Source: Glaucostegus cemiculus (taxonomy: Eukaryota). From it: a stretch of 64,000 nt of DNA. The stretch covers positions 19,344,001 through 19,408,000 of the forward strand of contig CDPCPM010000026.1 in NCBI GenBank assembly GCA_976551045.1, read 5' to 3'. This document shows positions 36,927 to 51,839 of this stretch, in pieces. The position numbers and the translations under genes are program-made. The notes under the pieces were generated by a model. It was given only the letters and a program-made list of their open reading frames with translations, ran no database searches and was not told the origin of the DNA. Within the stretch, counting starts at the first letter, position 1. Each line of letters opens with the position of its first letter.

Positions 36927-39376
36927 ATGCTTACCTGTGCTGTTTCCACATTCCTTCATCTTTTTAAGATTATATTGAATGTTGGCAGAGCTTCACATGG
37001 AACTACAAACTTTGGAAGAAATTCCACAGATTCCTCACACCATTCAGTTTCTCGTGCTTTTTTTTCCTGCAATTCTTCCTCAGCCTCTTTCAATTAACTC
37101 CCTATTAATGCGTCGCACTCCACAAGATTCTGCTTCCTGCTGTCCTTTTCTACCTTTGTATAATTTTAAAAACTGCCACCGTTTCACAACACTTCTAATG
37201 AAACAAAAATAATCCTCAGGTGTTCAAGTGACAGTTTCTGCACAGAATGAGGAGGTCTGTTGTGATGTTGCTCCTTTGCTCTTTAAAAAAAAAACAGTTC
37301 TTGCCTTCAGTAATGTTGGTAATTAACTGATCAATCATGATAATTACATTAGTCACATGTTAATAACATTTAATAACTTATTTAATAATGTATTTAAGTA
37401 TCAGAAGTGTGATGGATGAAGTCATGTTATAGCTATTCATTATAAAGTAAACAGCATGGGAAATAATTTTTTGTATACAGCAAGAATGAGTTATAACTCA
37501 CGAACAGTCAAATTTTCAACCTACTGGACTACTTATTTAATAGCTCTGAGCGGCAAACCTATAAACAGCTGAATTGAAAGAGGTGTCCTTGCTGTCAACC
37601 TACTCCCCAACAGGATGGATTCTCTAGAAATCCTTGTGGAAGGAGTGAGGCTGCTGAAGGCTTTTCTTTTTGTTACCAGGCAGTATTATGCTATTCTTCA
37701 ATTAGTGCAACTATGCAAAATATAATGCTATCCAAATTTTTGAATCTGGACAAATTTTGTAAGAAATTTTCTGATTCAATAGCAGTCTGCACTGATAGAA
37801 CAACTGGAAGTTTGGCAAGCAGAAAACCATTCAATCCATCAATAAAGCACAGCTCCTCACCAGAATAATCCACATCTATTTCCACTGTCCTGTCGTCTTC
37901 CCAGTGCTCTCAAGTTACTCCTCTTTAGATATTTATCAAATACCAGGAGGAGTCTTGTGTATTCGGAATTCTAAAATACATAAAATGCTACAGTATTTTA
38001 TTTACAGCAACAAACAAGAACTTTATTTTTTCCACCATCTTCATCTAAGATACACACAGCAATTTAGGGAAAAAAGTCACTGATCTGAGATTTTCTTAGT
38101 CTGGAGAGTTCATGAATACGTACACATATTATTTAGACACATTTGTAAAAATACAACCAAAAGAACCAAATTACTGCAATTATTAAATTGATATGGGATA
38201 GACAATGGGATCTATTACCAAGATTCCCAATTTAATTCTGTTAGCAGACAAAAATCACCAACTTTTCCAAATGCTTTTTCATTATCGATAATCCTCCAAA
38301 CCTTCGAATTACATTTAAAGAATATGTATCATTCCTAAAGAGAAATTTTGTGGTTAAATATGATGATTATTAAGTAAATAGTATTTACAAGAAAGCTTTA
38401 CTTTCTCAAACATTAACATTCATCAGAAAATGTGCTTGTTCAGAACAAGAAGTTATAGTTTATGGAAAAGTTTTACAAATTAGTCAGAAGTATAGCTAAA
38501 GTGATTTACCATGAAACAGTATGCTTTATAGAGTCATAGAGTATATATATTAAAAGAATAAAAAATCCAAAAGTAAATGCAAAAGAAATTATTTTTATAG
38601 TCTTTAGTGTAGAAGTTGTTGTTGTTATTACATACATTAAAAAAAAGTTGAATTAGTTACACTCTTCAATTTCACGCCACCTAGATCAGAACTGGAATAT
38701 TAATTGCCTCCAGACTAACATAGTCCACCCTGGAAATAAACACAACACACAATGCAAAGGTGACCCAAACCATTTTCTTTGGAAGACTGACCATTTCCCC
38801 CACAGAGGTGTTGCTTTAGAAAATCTGTTTTATTTGGCTCCTCTCCACAGGATAAAACGAGGGTGTGCACTTGTAAGGATTGTTATCAGGCACGGACATA
38901 TCATCAGATCTAAACATTGCGGAAACAAAATAATTTACACAGAAGTTAACCCAGAAAGGCTGCAGACAGCACCAAAAGGTAATAAGGGGAATGATACAGA
39001 AAGATTCTTTATCAAATACAAAACAAAATGAGTCAGCACCTGAGCTGGTTCATGGCTGGAGAGGTTGATAAAGAAACAGAATGTCATAAACTGTGTGATT
39101 GTTCATTTTTTTTGCTTTTAGCTGTTAAGTTACAAAAGCCCAAAAATTTAGTCTTAAAATAGCAGAAATGTTTTAGTTCCTTTTATGCTCACAGAACAAA
39201 AATCGCAATGTTTCATTGAAGCTTTCCCATTATTGACCTGCAGCACAAAAGAAGATGTCTCTTTGTCTGTGATTTATAGTCTCAGTCTTTGTAGCCTCAT
39301 TGCCATTCTTCTCATATATTGAGCTTAATTAAACTAAGAGAAATTAAAAATATTACCAAAAAAGATTGTGGCTTCA

Positions 39377-39585
39377 CAAGACATTCTGCAGATGCTGGAA
39401 TCTGGAGCAATACACACAAAATGCTGAAGGAACTCAGCAGATTAGGCAGCATCTATGGGAGGGAAATAAACAGTCAATGTTTCGGATCAAGGCCCTCCGT
39501 CAGGATGATAAAGGGTCTCGACCAGATATGTCAACTGTTTATTTCCCGCCTGACTTGCTGAGTTCCTCCAGCATTGTGTGTGTAT
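39377..39585. repeat. Palindromic Penelope-associated repeat with two opposed decayed hammerhead-like cores
   Basis: acacacaaaatgctgaaggaactcagcag...aaataaacagtca | tcaactgtttattt...tgctgagttcctccagcattgtgtgt form inverted arms. Confidence 0.78.
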
Positions 39586-40339
39586 GCAAGGATATGCAAC
39601 AGATAAGCATCCGTTATTCTCACTTTGTGGTTGCCCACTATAATACTTGTTATAAAGCAGTGTCACCAGGTTTCAAATGACAGCAACTAGGAAGAACATT
39701 GTAAGGTGTAATAATTTTGAAGCAAAATTAACGTGAAACCAAGCATTAGTTTGCTGGCAGTTTTGGGAATCATCTGAATCATATAATATGTTCTGAATTG
39801 TATAATATTTTCTCATCCAACTATGAACTTACCCTAGAAGGTAGAGGACCGTGTGTTCTTTGTCTTCCTTCTGATCAAATCAGTCCAGTTAGTACACAGA
39901 AAGAATTTTTGCAGCTGCTGTGTAGCTCAGAAATGTCAGAATGTATAAGTGTAAAGAGGAGAGAAGATTATAAAAATGTACAGCAGTTTTAACAGGAAAT
40001 GTTAACTTTCAAATAGATTGGCAGAATCAATGAGATTAAAATAGCAAAGTAGCAAATTTCTTGATTGTTTTCAGTGTGGCTTCCTGCAATAAGTTGCCCT
40101 GAGTAGCAAAACAGCATGCCATATAATGTGCCAGATATCATTAACACCCAACACTGAATGAACACTTAACTAACAGACATCATAAAATGATGGTTTTCAT
40201 GTGACATTTGAAAGGCAGGAACACAAAAAAAAGTACTTCAATTCTAAATTCAGGTAGAACCACGATCGAAAGGATTAGATGCAGACTTTCCCAGGTAAAT
40301 TAGGCAAAAATATAAACAGGGAGAAGTACTTAAGAAAGA

Positions 40340-41280
40340 AGAAACTTGATATGATATGGATAAATTACATCATGAAGTAATGAATCTTGACTTTCCAAAA
40401 ACTACCATAGTTGAAGAAGGGACAACATAAAATTGATAGAAAAAGCAGATAAAGACAACAGCTAGCACAAATTTAGGCAATATACAAAGCTGCAATGGAC
40501 AAAATAAAATTAGAGAGCTAAAACAAGAGTCAATGCCCCAACTACAATTTTCCAAAATCTCTTAATTCAGGAACAGCTTGGAAAATTTTATTGCTCCCTA
40601 TACCATTTAAGAAAGTTGGAAAGCAGGGAATTATAGACCAGTTAGTCTGAAATGAATCTTCAAGACATTTTCAATGTCTATAAACAAGGATAATGTGGTA
40701 ATTTTCAGCTAATGAGAGAGCCAGTATGGATTTGCAAGGTCATCCTTTTATGGGTTAAAAGAAATTTAAAATCTTCCTAAATGATGAAAAGCTAAAAGCA
40801 GTAACTTCCACCCCCTCCACCCCCAAGGAGATTTAAGAGCCTATGTACATGGTTTGTTAAAATAGTGTGGACAGGCACAGAAAATAACCAAAAGGGCTCT
40901 CAGAATCCTGACCTTTATTTCTGTAGTACTAGAATATGCAGGGGAGGGAGTTATGGCAAGCCCTGGCTTTTTCAGATGTTATATTCTAATGCGGGTAATG
41001 CACCTTGAGAAGGTTATATTGGTTCTGCAAAGAACAGAGATTTGATTTATTTGAATAATACACTAACTCTAAGCACCAAATTAGGAGAGATTACACCAAC
41101 TTGTGGTCCTTCCAGGAATTTAGAAATTTGGCATTTTTTTAAGATAATATGGGAACCAATAGAGCAGATAGAGAAGTTATTTTTGCTGATGTCTTAGCAT
41201 AGTCTAAAAATTACAGACAGGTTTTTCAGGAGTGAGATCAGGAAACACTACAACTAGAAAAGTTGGAACTGTCTTCTGTT
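40340..41280 (+). mobile_element. Highly decayed CR1 LINE
   Basis: aaagcagggaattatagaccagttagtctga (GNYRPVSL) plus residual 3' similarity. Confidence 0.65.
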
Positions 41281-41379
41281 GTCAGAAATTGATGCTGGCT
41301 TCATTTACCAAATGCTAGATTTTTGTTCATCAAAATATATTACACGATATGTGGTAACAGATCATACATGCCATCGGGC

Positions 41380-42600
41380 CACAAATCCACACAGACTCTC
41401 CTTAGTTAATGCAAACCTCCCCAATATATTAATTGTTTTCATGACCATTACTTCCAGAACCATACCCACGACCGATGTTAAACCAACCAGCCTGTAGTTA
41501 CTAAGAATATCCTTGTACCCATACTTGAACAAAGGTGTCTATTTACCACTTTCCAATCACGAGCATGCTGAAATCTTACCCATTTCCACCTCCATTTCCC
41601 TCAGCAACCTGTAATGCAAGCCATCTAGACCAAGACACTTACCTGCTCTAAGCAGAATCAGCAGCTCTAGTACATCCCATCTATCAATTTTCACCCATAA
41701 ATTCCTCCTTTCATCTCTACTAGTACTGATATTTCCTCAACATCCTCTTCCTTAATGTACACTGACACCAATTCTCCAAGATTTGCCCAGAACCTCTAAA
41801 TGTATATCACCTTTGTCTCACACAGATCAACATACTACACTAAGTTGTTATTCATGAGGAATAGGGACAGCGACTTCCTGTGGATGCAAAAAATGTGGAT
41901 ACCATTAAGGCCACCTGGCAAAGACCCCTCCGTGGATACATTAAATTCTTTGCAAGTGTCTGCATGTCCAAATAAGCTAGAACATACAAACCTTTCAGAT
42001 CCTGGCTCCAGCCATCAACCTAACCAGGTTCCTGACTCCCAATATAGCCAATCCCAACTCCAACTCCAACCCTAGTTCCTGGCTTGAGCCACAACCCAGG
42101 CCAACCTCATGAGTACAGCTACACATTTCTGTTTGTGCCTCCAGAATAGATGTGAAATGGCACCTGGGGTTGACCTGGTGACTATGCAGATTAGCAGACA
42201 GTAAATCAACAGATAGAGGACATAGTGTATTTACATGCCAATATACTATTCTCATGTTCTCTTTGCCAACCTTTCTTGCCTTTTCACTTCTCTTATTGTA
42301 TCTTGCCTGCTTCTTACTTGAAGAATTCACCTGACATACACTTTTTTTTATTTTGTCATATTCTCCATCTCCCTTTATATCAAAGAGTCTTGGCTTGGGC
42401 TCTGCTACTTTTCTTTCTTGCTAGAATACACTGGGCTTGCACCTGAACTGTCTCATCCTTAAAGATCGCTCATTGTTCCATTAAGTTCTCTTGACAATAT
42501 TCAAATCCATTTTATCCTGGCTGAATTCCTTCAATTCCACAAGTTAAGCCCTCTTCCAAATTTTGAAGATCTACTTCAGTTTGTTCCTTGCTCTTTTCCA
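41380..42600 (-). mobile_element. Highly decayed CR1 pieces interleaved with other repeats
   Basis: gatgttaaaccaaccagcctgtagtt is the reverse of NYRLVGLTS. Confidence 0.5.
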
Positions 42601-43934
42601 TTACTCACCTGAACCTTATAATCCTATTCCAATGTGTGCCCTAACACTTGAAGTAATTAAACTATTTATTATTAGGGTATTTCCAGACCCACTGATTTTA
42701 GTAAAATTCAGTAATAGCAGTTTAAATCATTTAGAAGTAGTCATTTGAGATTCTGCAACACAAAAAGATTCTGGGATATTTAACCATTATTTTTCTAAAT
42801 ATCTTCAAGAATTTTTAATAAACAATTAACATACCCAAGACCAGTATTTTGAAAATGTACATTTTTTCCAGCAAAGAGCTAATCACACAAGAACATTGAT
42901 GAATGGGATTATTTCATTTTTAACTGACAGTCAAGTGATCTTGTAATAGCATGCCTCAGATATGCTCATTCTTTCTCCTCTGCTGAACCTGGACACGATA
43001 CTACATGCTCCAAGAAATCCAAGCTCTGACTGGACCAGTCAACCATAAAACAAATCTGAAGTGCGAATAGAAAAAAAAACTAGGTAGAATTTTCAAGTAG
43101 AATGTATTTAATTTCTTAAAAGCCAGACTTATTTTCATTAACTTTTATCTTTACAATCTTTAGAAGATCCCAAGACCAAAGCACTTACAGTGCAACTAAC
43201 AGATTCAGGCTTGTTAGCTGTAGTATTGGTTAATGATCTCATTGAGCAAGCATTTGATTCATTTTGCCAACAGGCAGTCTTCCTTACTGCTGGATTAAGG
43301 GCAAAAAAAAGCCCTTCAATTAAACCAGAACAGAGCAAGAATTCTTTTTAATAGTCAACATTGTTTTGCAGCAGTATTTAACTAGCAATTTAACACAAAG
43401 ATGGCCATTGGTCCTGTGAAACTAGCAGAACCTGAAAATAATTAGGAGATCAGGCAGGATGTGGGGAATGGGAGACAAATGAATGCTTCAGGTGAGTGAC
43501 CTTTAATGAGAAATAGAAAAAGGTTGAACTTAACACATCTTTAAATAACATTAGGGATGATGATAATGCGTCTCTTTAAGTGCTATCAGCTGGCTAGTCC
43601 TCTTCATTGATGCCAATTAACCCAACAAAAAGGGACAAAAAACTATCATTAAAGAGAAATGTAACCATCTTGATCTTAATTAACCAAAGTCAAGGAAGGA
43701 TATGTTGGTGGGTATCACCATAGGCAAGCATTTATACTGCTGCTCATATTGATTCTTTCTAAGCTGAAGCAAGCATAGCAAGGTAGTTATTTAGATATAT
43801 TTGATATATACTGCAGAATTTGCAGTTCTTTGTTTCTCTTGGTTTTCTCACTTTTCACATTCTGGTGAAAAGTTGTTGACCTGAAAGACTAACTCTGTTT
43901 TCTTCTCCACAGATGCTGCCTGATCTACTGAGTG

Positions 43935-44250
43935 GTATTGGTATATTATTGTCACTTGTACCGAGGTACAATGAAAAACTTGGCTTGCATACTGATTGTA
44001 CAGGTCAATTCATTACACAATGCAGTTGCATTGAGTTGGTGCAGAGTGCATTGATGTAGTACAGGTAAAAACAATAACAGTACAGAGTAAAGCATCACAG
44101 CTACAGAGAAAGTGCAGTGCAATAAGGTGTAAGGTCACAACAAGGTAGATCGTGAGGTCATAGTCTATCTCATCGTATAAGGGAACTGTTCAATAGTCTT
44201 ATCACAGTGGGGTAGAAGCTGTCTTTAAGTCTAGTGGTATGTGCCCTCAG
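43935..44250 (-). mobile_element. Rex1/Babar-type 3' end nested in a Penelope-associated half repeat (43860-43933 and 44255-44305)
   Basis: ggtattggtatattattgtcacttgtaccgaggtaca is the reverse complement of the tail at 46690-46720. The flanks rejoin as ctgagt|ccccagcattttctg. Confidence 0.75.
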
Positions 44251-46159
44251 GGTCCCCAGCATTTTCTGTTTTTAGTGCTAATTTCTAGCATCTCCAGCTT
44301 TTTTTCTTTTCAAGATTTTACAACTTGGAGTGAAAAGTTGAGAGCAGCAGCGTGAACTGCTGCAGTGCTTAAGCATTTCTTACACAGAACAGGAAATCAA
44401 TAGGTGCAAAGCTACCTCAGAGGAGGAACTGAGAATATCTCAAATCATTTCCTGTGCACATTCTTTCAGATTTCACAACTGTTGTTGCTTTGATTCCTGA
44501 GCTTGCCTCTCCATGTATCATTGGGTGCTTTTCAAAAAAAAAACTTTCAACAAAGCAAACCAGCTGAGAAGAAGAATGGGACAGACAAGATAAACTCAAG
44601 AGGAGATCAGGAATATGGAGCTTTATGAACTCATTATCAGATGCTACACTATATTTCTAACACTTAATTTTGCCTAACACAAATTGCGCATGTTTTTCTC
44701 TACTTGTGATCTATGTCGGTTTTGGTGCACTTTTTAAAATGGTACTCAATTTGATCCATGGCTTTAGAATGGTCTCTGTATTTAATATGAATACATTCCT
44801 CAACTACATGTTCCACATTTTTAAAAAGCTCATTGAGTTCTAATTTATTGCAACTAGCTTGTTTACTCATCCAAATTGTCAAATCCAGTAAAACTTTAGT
44901 CATTAGCAAACTGAATAGCACCTAAAAGAGTAAAAATCCTGTATCTATGGCATTCTAGAGATATTTTGATTATAATTATCTACACAATATGGCTGTTACC
45001 ATAAAAGTTCTCTTTTTAGACAGTTTTTAAATAATGTTGAAAAAAATTCCCAACTTCAGACAACTTAACAGGCCCTCTCATAAAAGGCTGCAAAAATAAA
45101 AGTGTTCCCTGAGCAGCGAGGAAAACAGCATGTCTCCAAGCCATCATACAGTCCAGTTTTAATTGGTTGTTTGGAGACACGTCTCTTGGTCTTCCAACTC
45201 ACTACACACCCTTGTTTACCACCCACAAAAGATATGGAAAAAGTCATTAACATGTTCAATATTCCATGCATTAAATAGCTGGAGCAAATCAATTAGCAAT
45301 AGAATAGTGATGCACCATTAACCAATGCCCATTTAACTAAATGCAGGACTTCTCATCTCTTAACTGCATCAACACAGAATCAAGGATCCAGTTGTGCAAG
45401 TGGCTAACCCCAGTTAAAGTCAGCTAGTGCAGATTTAAAGTCATTGCTGGGCTTCTGGATGTTTGAGGCTGGCAATGTCAATGCATGGATGAGAGTGGGC
45501 AGCCAATTTTCAGGTCTGGTTCTGCATGCCATGGTACACGGAATGAAGATGTGAAGTGGGAGGAATTAGTGGCCAAGGGTAGGATGCTAGTGCCAGTAGT
45601 AAAGCCCCCCAAAAATTGGCTACAGTGATGCAAGAACTGGAAAGATCTGATTCATAGTCAAAGTACCAGCAGAAACCACCCGATGTCTGGATGCTGGAAT
45701 GGAAACTTGACTACCAATTTCTCGGTCCAAATTTAGTTTACAGTCACCATGGTTCAGAACACCAGTGTTCAAAGGAGCACAAGAGTGTCCCTGCACTCCA
45801 CCAAACTATACTCCACCACATTAGCAGGATTGCTCTTGCTCTGCAATGGGGAGGGGCTTGGTATGGGGCAATTGTGGCTCAGAGTATGAATCAGCTGTCC
45901 TCTCTCAAAATGGTAGTGTTCATGGCCCCACCTATGCCACCATGACCTTGCTAAGGCTCAAACTGTTGCCAGATGCCAGTCAGCCAGCCAAGCCAGACTA
46001 ATGCTGCTCACAGTGAGGCAACACAGACCCACTCTGTCAGTTCGGATGAAGGGTCTGTTAACCATTTCTCCCTTCACAGATGGCTGACTTGCTGAGTTTT
46101 CCCAGCATTTTGTTATTATTATAATCCTGAGCTGCTCGGGCCACCCTACTCAGCAATCT

Positions 46160-46722
46160 ACAACCTTATTGCACCTTAATGTCTACCTGCACTGCACCTC
46201 CCTGGAGCTGAGACACTTTGCTCTATATCCTGTTATTGTTTTTACCCTGTACTACCTCAATGCACTGTATAATGAATTGATCTGTATGAACAGTATGCAA
46301 GACAAGTTTTTCATTGTACCTTGGAACATGTGACAATAGTAAACCAATACCAATAACAAAGAAGCTGCCTCTCCTCAGCTATGTTGAGGTCATTGCAGAG
46401 TGGGGAAAGTACATTGTAGATGCAGCATCAGACATTTTTTTTGTCTTGTTAGATGTACACTATTGAACGGTTCACTTGTATGATGAGATGGACTCTGACC
46501 TCACAATCTACCTTGTTGTGACCTTGCACCATATTGTACTGCACTTTCTCTCAAGCCGTGACACTTTGCTCTGTACTGTTATTGTTTTTACCTGTACTAC
46601 ATCAATACACTCTGTACTAACCCAATGTAACTGCATCGTGTAATAAATTGATCTGTACGATCAGTATGCAAGACAAGTTTTTCACTGTACCTCAGTACAA
46701 ATGACAACAATAAACCAATACA
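46160..46722 (+). mobile_element. Two tandem Rex1/Babar-type 3' UTR fragments (about 46160-46352 and 46470-46722)
   Basis: Both end ...ttcactgtacct..gtaca.gtgacaataataaaccaatac. A third copy lies at 50175-50395. Confidence 0.75.
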
Positions 46723-46869
46723 AATAACAAATATGAACCAATGATCGTTTTGGTCATTGCTTCATCAATTGCACTCAGACAGGGGCTGAGATAATCAACA
46801 ATAGGTAAGAGCTTTGATGCAATGAACTATTTTTCATCCTTTACTCATACAATGCAAATATCACTGACC

Positions 46870-47600
46870 AGCCAGAATTCAATATCCATAGCCTTGAGAT
46901 GGTTACAGCAATTAAGGTCCTTCCACAAAGCTGGGTAGCAGATCCTCCAATGTTGCTGTAATGTAGGTATATTTCTGATGTAGAATGGTGTACATTGAAA
47001 ATGAGCTTGCTGTCTGGGTGTTGACATCTTGGGTAGAGGTGTTGTTGCTGGAGAAGACCTGATAAATTGTAGCTAATGCATTTTGTAGATAGTACTCACT
47101 GCAGCCAAAGGCCAATGGCGATGAAGAGGCAGTGTACTCAAGATGGCCAATGGGGCATCAGTCAAGTAGTTGCTCAGTCTGGATGGTGTCAAGCTGTTGC
47201 AACAACACTCCATAACACGGCAAGTGTCCTCTCTTTTTCCACAAGCATAACCCTGCAGTGAGTACCACCTACAAAATGCATGGCTCCAACTTATCAAGAC
47301 TTCTGGAACAGGACTCTTCCAGGCAATGGAAAAACTTCCATTACAATCCTCGCCTGCTTTACAGATAGTGGTAAGGAATTCTGTAGTCAAGAGTTGAATC
47401 CCTCTCTGTAGAATATCCAGGTACTAACGTGCACAAATAGCCACTGGCTGGTTTGGTTAAATATGCAGAATTCACCCATAAAAAGGCTATTGAATATCAA
47501 GGTGAGATGGGTAGACTGTGTTTGAGATGATGATTACTTGGCAGAGGAACAACACATCATCTTTTACCACTTAGTCTGAATGTCCTCCAGGTTCTCCTGG
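46870..47600 (-). mobile_element. Old LINE fragment (endonuclease-to-RT region), decayed
   Basis: Patchy similarity to the family at 13555-14190 (aggctattgaatatcaagg...ttacttggca). Confidence 0.5.
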
Positions 47601-49208
47601 GTAATGGCAATTCATTCAGGCATATACTAACCAAAAATCACAAGACAGTCCAACAGAAAAAGTGAACTCACATTGCCTGCTCTCTTGTTCCAAAACTGCT
47701 GGTAAGGGCTCATTCTTCCTGGGGCCATGTCAGGAAGGGTGCATCTAGCCATTACAAATCAGGGGGCCCTTCTGCAGACTTGTGAACAAAAACATTCTGC
47801 TGTTGTAGAACGGAGACAGGTTTACTGGGGATAGCCAATTTTAGCACCTGCCACTCACTGGTCTGGCACAGTGGCTGGCAGATATGACTGAACAATTGGG
47901 AAATGTAACATAAGAGTTCCCCAGGTGTCTTTTATTGACAATAAAGCTTTTCTATGTATAAACTTTGGTCTGCAGAGCTCCTTCCACCTCCATACAGTTT
48001 CATGTTTTGAGGCTGAGATCTCTGGGCAAAAGAATCCAATCAATCAGACCTTGGACTGTCAGGAAGTCTGCAGTGTGGGAAAACTGACAGTGCTGTTGAG
48101 CCAAAGGGAGGGAGCATGAATGTGCCTGTTGTTATGAAGAGAGGCTCCATCCCCTGCATATTGTGATGAAGATATCACCACACTAGCCTGACTACACCTA
48201 TGGGCTGGTGAGGGAGGGAGGGGGTGGCTGGCAAAGAAGTCATCCTGCTGTTAAGCACCAGGTTTCCTATGTGTGATTAACACATAGCTGGATTACTGAA
48301 GTACTGCTCAGTCCAACTTGGAAGGGCTGGCGTCAAATCAGCATTGAATGAGCAGTGATAACAGCAGCACAGGTCATGTTAAAAATATGCACTTTCAATT
48401 TATAATTTAATAGCAATGGCCCCAATAAGACCAGCATTACACAACCCACCTTTGAGTCAACTTAACTGAGGGAAAAAGTAATATTGATTCAGAGCTAGAT
48501 TATGGATTGAAACCAAGGCATAGCAGTATTTTCTTTGAGCCTTTAGTACAAACCACAATTAACATGGATCAAAGATGTACTTCAAATTAATTATTTATTA
48601 TTTATTTTGCAACTAGTGATTGAATACAATTTTGAATTTATCTTAAAATTAATTAAAATGCTGTTATCATTTCCACAAGAGATGCTTTCAAAACGCTTCA
48701 AGTTAACGTCACAATCTTTTGTTAATTAAAATCAACTCTCTCATCCCAGAGTAGGAATTAAGCCAGAAATCAGTCAATTTTGTACGGCTTTATATCGAAC
48801 CAAACCAATCCAATCCATAACCATTCCTATGATATGTCACCGACCCGAAACATTAACTATGTTTTTTCTCTCCACAGATGTTGCCTAATCTGCTGAGTAC
48901 TTCCAGCATTTTGTTTTTTATTTCAGATCTCTAGTACATGCAATCATTTTGCTTCTCAACCCATGATTTTCTCATATTGCTTATTTACAAGCCTATCAGC
49001 TGACTTAGTGATTACGGAAAATAATTTCGAAATTTACTCACTGGAAGCTTCAGAATAATGAGTTTCAGGAATGTTGCAATCACAAAGGGAAAAAAGTAAT
49101 AAGTCGCAGGCTGCCTTGCAAATTCTGCTTTCTAAGTTTTCTCTATGTGCCCAAAGTAATGATTGCAAAGTCTGCACCTCTGAAAGTGTGAGAAACAGAC
49201 ACACACGT

Positions 49209-49209
<1 letters not shown>

Positions 49210-49251
<42 letters not shown>
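49210..49251. repeat. (CA)21 microsatellite
   Basis: Perfect CA dinucleotide run. Confidence 0.97.
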
Positions 49252-49253
<2 letters not shown>

Positions 49254-50174
49254 GAAACAATTTCCAATCGGACAAGCAAATGAAAGGTATCCTCAGCAAA
49301 CTGTTGACTAAATATTTGTTCTCTGGCCATCACTACCCTCACTTGTGGGAAAAAAAATCCCTGCAGCCTTGTTAGAAGAACAAAACCAGTCTAGACTACG
49401 ACTAACTGTTTGAGGATTCTGACCAACAGGTAATGCAGCTTTGTATTTTTGCCTTGAGTGTGGTACATCGCAACTGAGTTCCTGTGTGTCCAGCAACTGT
49501 TGTTAAATCTGGGGTCTTTATTCTGAAATACAAATACTAGAAACACAATATTCAATTGAAACATAAACCTTTTTTTCAGTAACTTTCTGTACTGGCCAGG
49601 TCTACCCATTATTACACAGATATCGTTAACCTTTCAAAGAAATTTGAATTCAAATTAAAGTAAGCAAGTACACAAGTATGTACTTTTTAATTTTTTTTAT
49701 TTATCTATTTATTTTTTAATTAGTTTTTTTAAATTTTTATCTTTAGATTGTATTTTTTTATTTTATATTAATTATCAATTAAAATTGATATAACCATTCT
49801 TCTATGGCCGTAGTGATCATTATGTTGCCCTCTCACCTGATCGCCAACCCTGCATAAACAGCTTGATATCTTGCATCTTGTTACCTGTTGCAAGGCAACA
49901 GAGACAGACCATGAAGCAGCCCAGCACCTACATCTGCCAAATTCTTTTTCACTCTTCCCTTGACAACATGAATTCAAAACCTTTCACAATTGACTGAACT
50001 TAACGTATATAAAATTAAGATATATATTATTAGAAGGCTACCAAATGGGCAGCAAGTTCAAACAGGCAACAAACTTCACCTTACACTAAGTTTCATCTTC
50101 CCATTCCTGTTTAGCCAGAATGCAAATCCTTACCCTAAGATTATTGAATGATAAATCGGAACCCCAGTATGATA

Positions 50175-50395
50175 AATTGGACTCTTGACCTCACAATCTA
50201 CCTCATCATGGCCTTGCACATTATTGTCTACCTACACTGCACTTTCTCTGTAACACTTTATTCTGTATTCTGTTATTGCTTTTCTCCTGTGCTACCTCAA
50301 AGTACTGGTATAATGAAATGATCTGTATGGGTGGCATACAAAACAAAGTTTTTCACTACACCTTCGGTACATGTGACAATAATAAATGAATTTAC
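50175..50395 (+). mobile_element. Rex1/Babar-type 3' UTR fragment
   Basis: Aligns with 46490-46720. Confidence 0.75.
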
Positions 50396-51839
50396 CAAAT
50401 TTACTTTCAGCAAGATGAGTTTATACAAGTGGAAACTTTAAATAGACCTTGGCTGCATTATGTTCTTAATTCCACCTTTAACATTTTAAGACCATTTCTT
50501 GCCTTCTTTATCTATTTACCCACTTGCCCAGGAAGTACAAGAATGTAAATAAGACAACATAAAGCAAGGATTCTTCAGTCCTCCTCCCTGCCCCACCCCA
50601 TGCTGCCCTAACTCAATCCCAGAGGTGAGACAGCAATGGACCTGCCAAATATTTTTCTCTTTGAAAACCTGCAGCGAGGGGAAAGTATAATTCCTCTTGG
50701 TGTTGGGTGATAAATGTAGAAGGGCTGGTAAGATTACAAAAACAAATAGTTTTTATTCAATTTCAGAACTTGACTGAAGAATCAAATCTGAGGTTGGGAG
50801 AGGCAAAAATATTTTACGAACCTCTAGTCCAGGGAAGCAAGTTTGACCCACTGCTCCACAGCCCAGCAAATAAAACTGCTCCAGAGCAGTGCACTCATGC
50901 ATTTAGTTTGCAGTGTTACAGAATGTCACAGGAGCAAGAGGGGAGCTAATCAGCCAAGAGCAAAGTCTAAACACATCCCACATTTTTCAAACCAAGTTAA
51001 ACTTTCTCAGAAAATAAGAACTTCCAAACAAGTGCTCCCAACTGAAATGGCACCTTTGCCTCAAATTCTTAATTTGAAAGTAAATACCTAAAATACATTT
51101 GTCTTTATGCCGACAGGACCTCTTGCATTTAGAAAACTAGTTCACTTAATTGACATATATGGGAATGGCTCCATCATCATTCATCAAGTTTCATGGTATA
51201 AATCTAGATCACCGTAAAACTGCTATTATAAATTGAAAAGTAATAAAAGATCACCTGATATAGCACTCCAAATTTTTCCTGTTTAAGTACCTCCCGTAAA
51301 GAAAATTCATTGATGACAAAGTGGAGGTGGTTTATAACAATTAAAATGCAAAAATAATATCCCAAATTCTGTCAGGAAAGAATCAATGAAGCTTCCACAA
51401 GAATGTAAATAGCCACACAAGCACACCTCCAGCATCTTGAAAAGATTGAATGAAATGGCATCAATACCAGATTAGATTTTGTAATTTAAAGAAAACAATT
51501 GTTCTAACAGTGCTCACTATTATGTATGTGGCATAAACCAAAGGACAATATTTCAAAACTTTGCAAATGCTAGAAGTCTGAAAATAATAACAGAAAGTGC
51601 TTCACGTACTCAGGAGGTCAGCCAGCAATGAAAAGAGAAACTGAGCTAACATTTTAGGTTGATTTCTCTTATTTTTCCAGTTTTGATGAAAGTGGTAAGT
51701 TTCAAGATACAGAAGCATGCAGGGAGGAGAATGAAGAAGGAACACTTGCATGGAAATTGGATGAACATCACACGCACAGATAAACATGGATATCCCAATT
51801 CCTGCAAAAAATGAATCACAATCTAACTCACCATTCAAA

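Noticed and set aside
39377-39585. miRNA precursor or CRISPR-like array
   Set aside because: The hairpins belong to a dispersed, diverged repeat family. There is no regular repeat-spacer period, no cas genes, and the context is eukaryotic.
49034-49342. ORFs with CVCVCV / HTHTHT runs
   Set aside because: These are translations of the (CA)n microsatellite.
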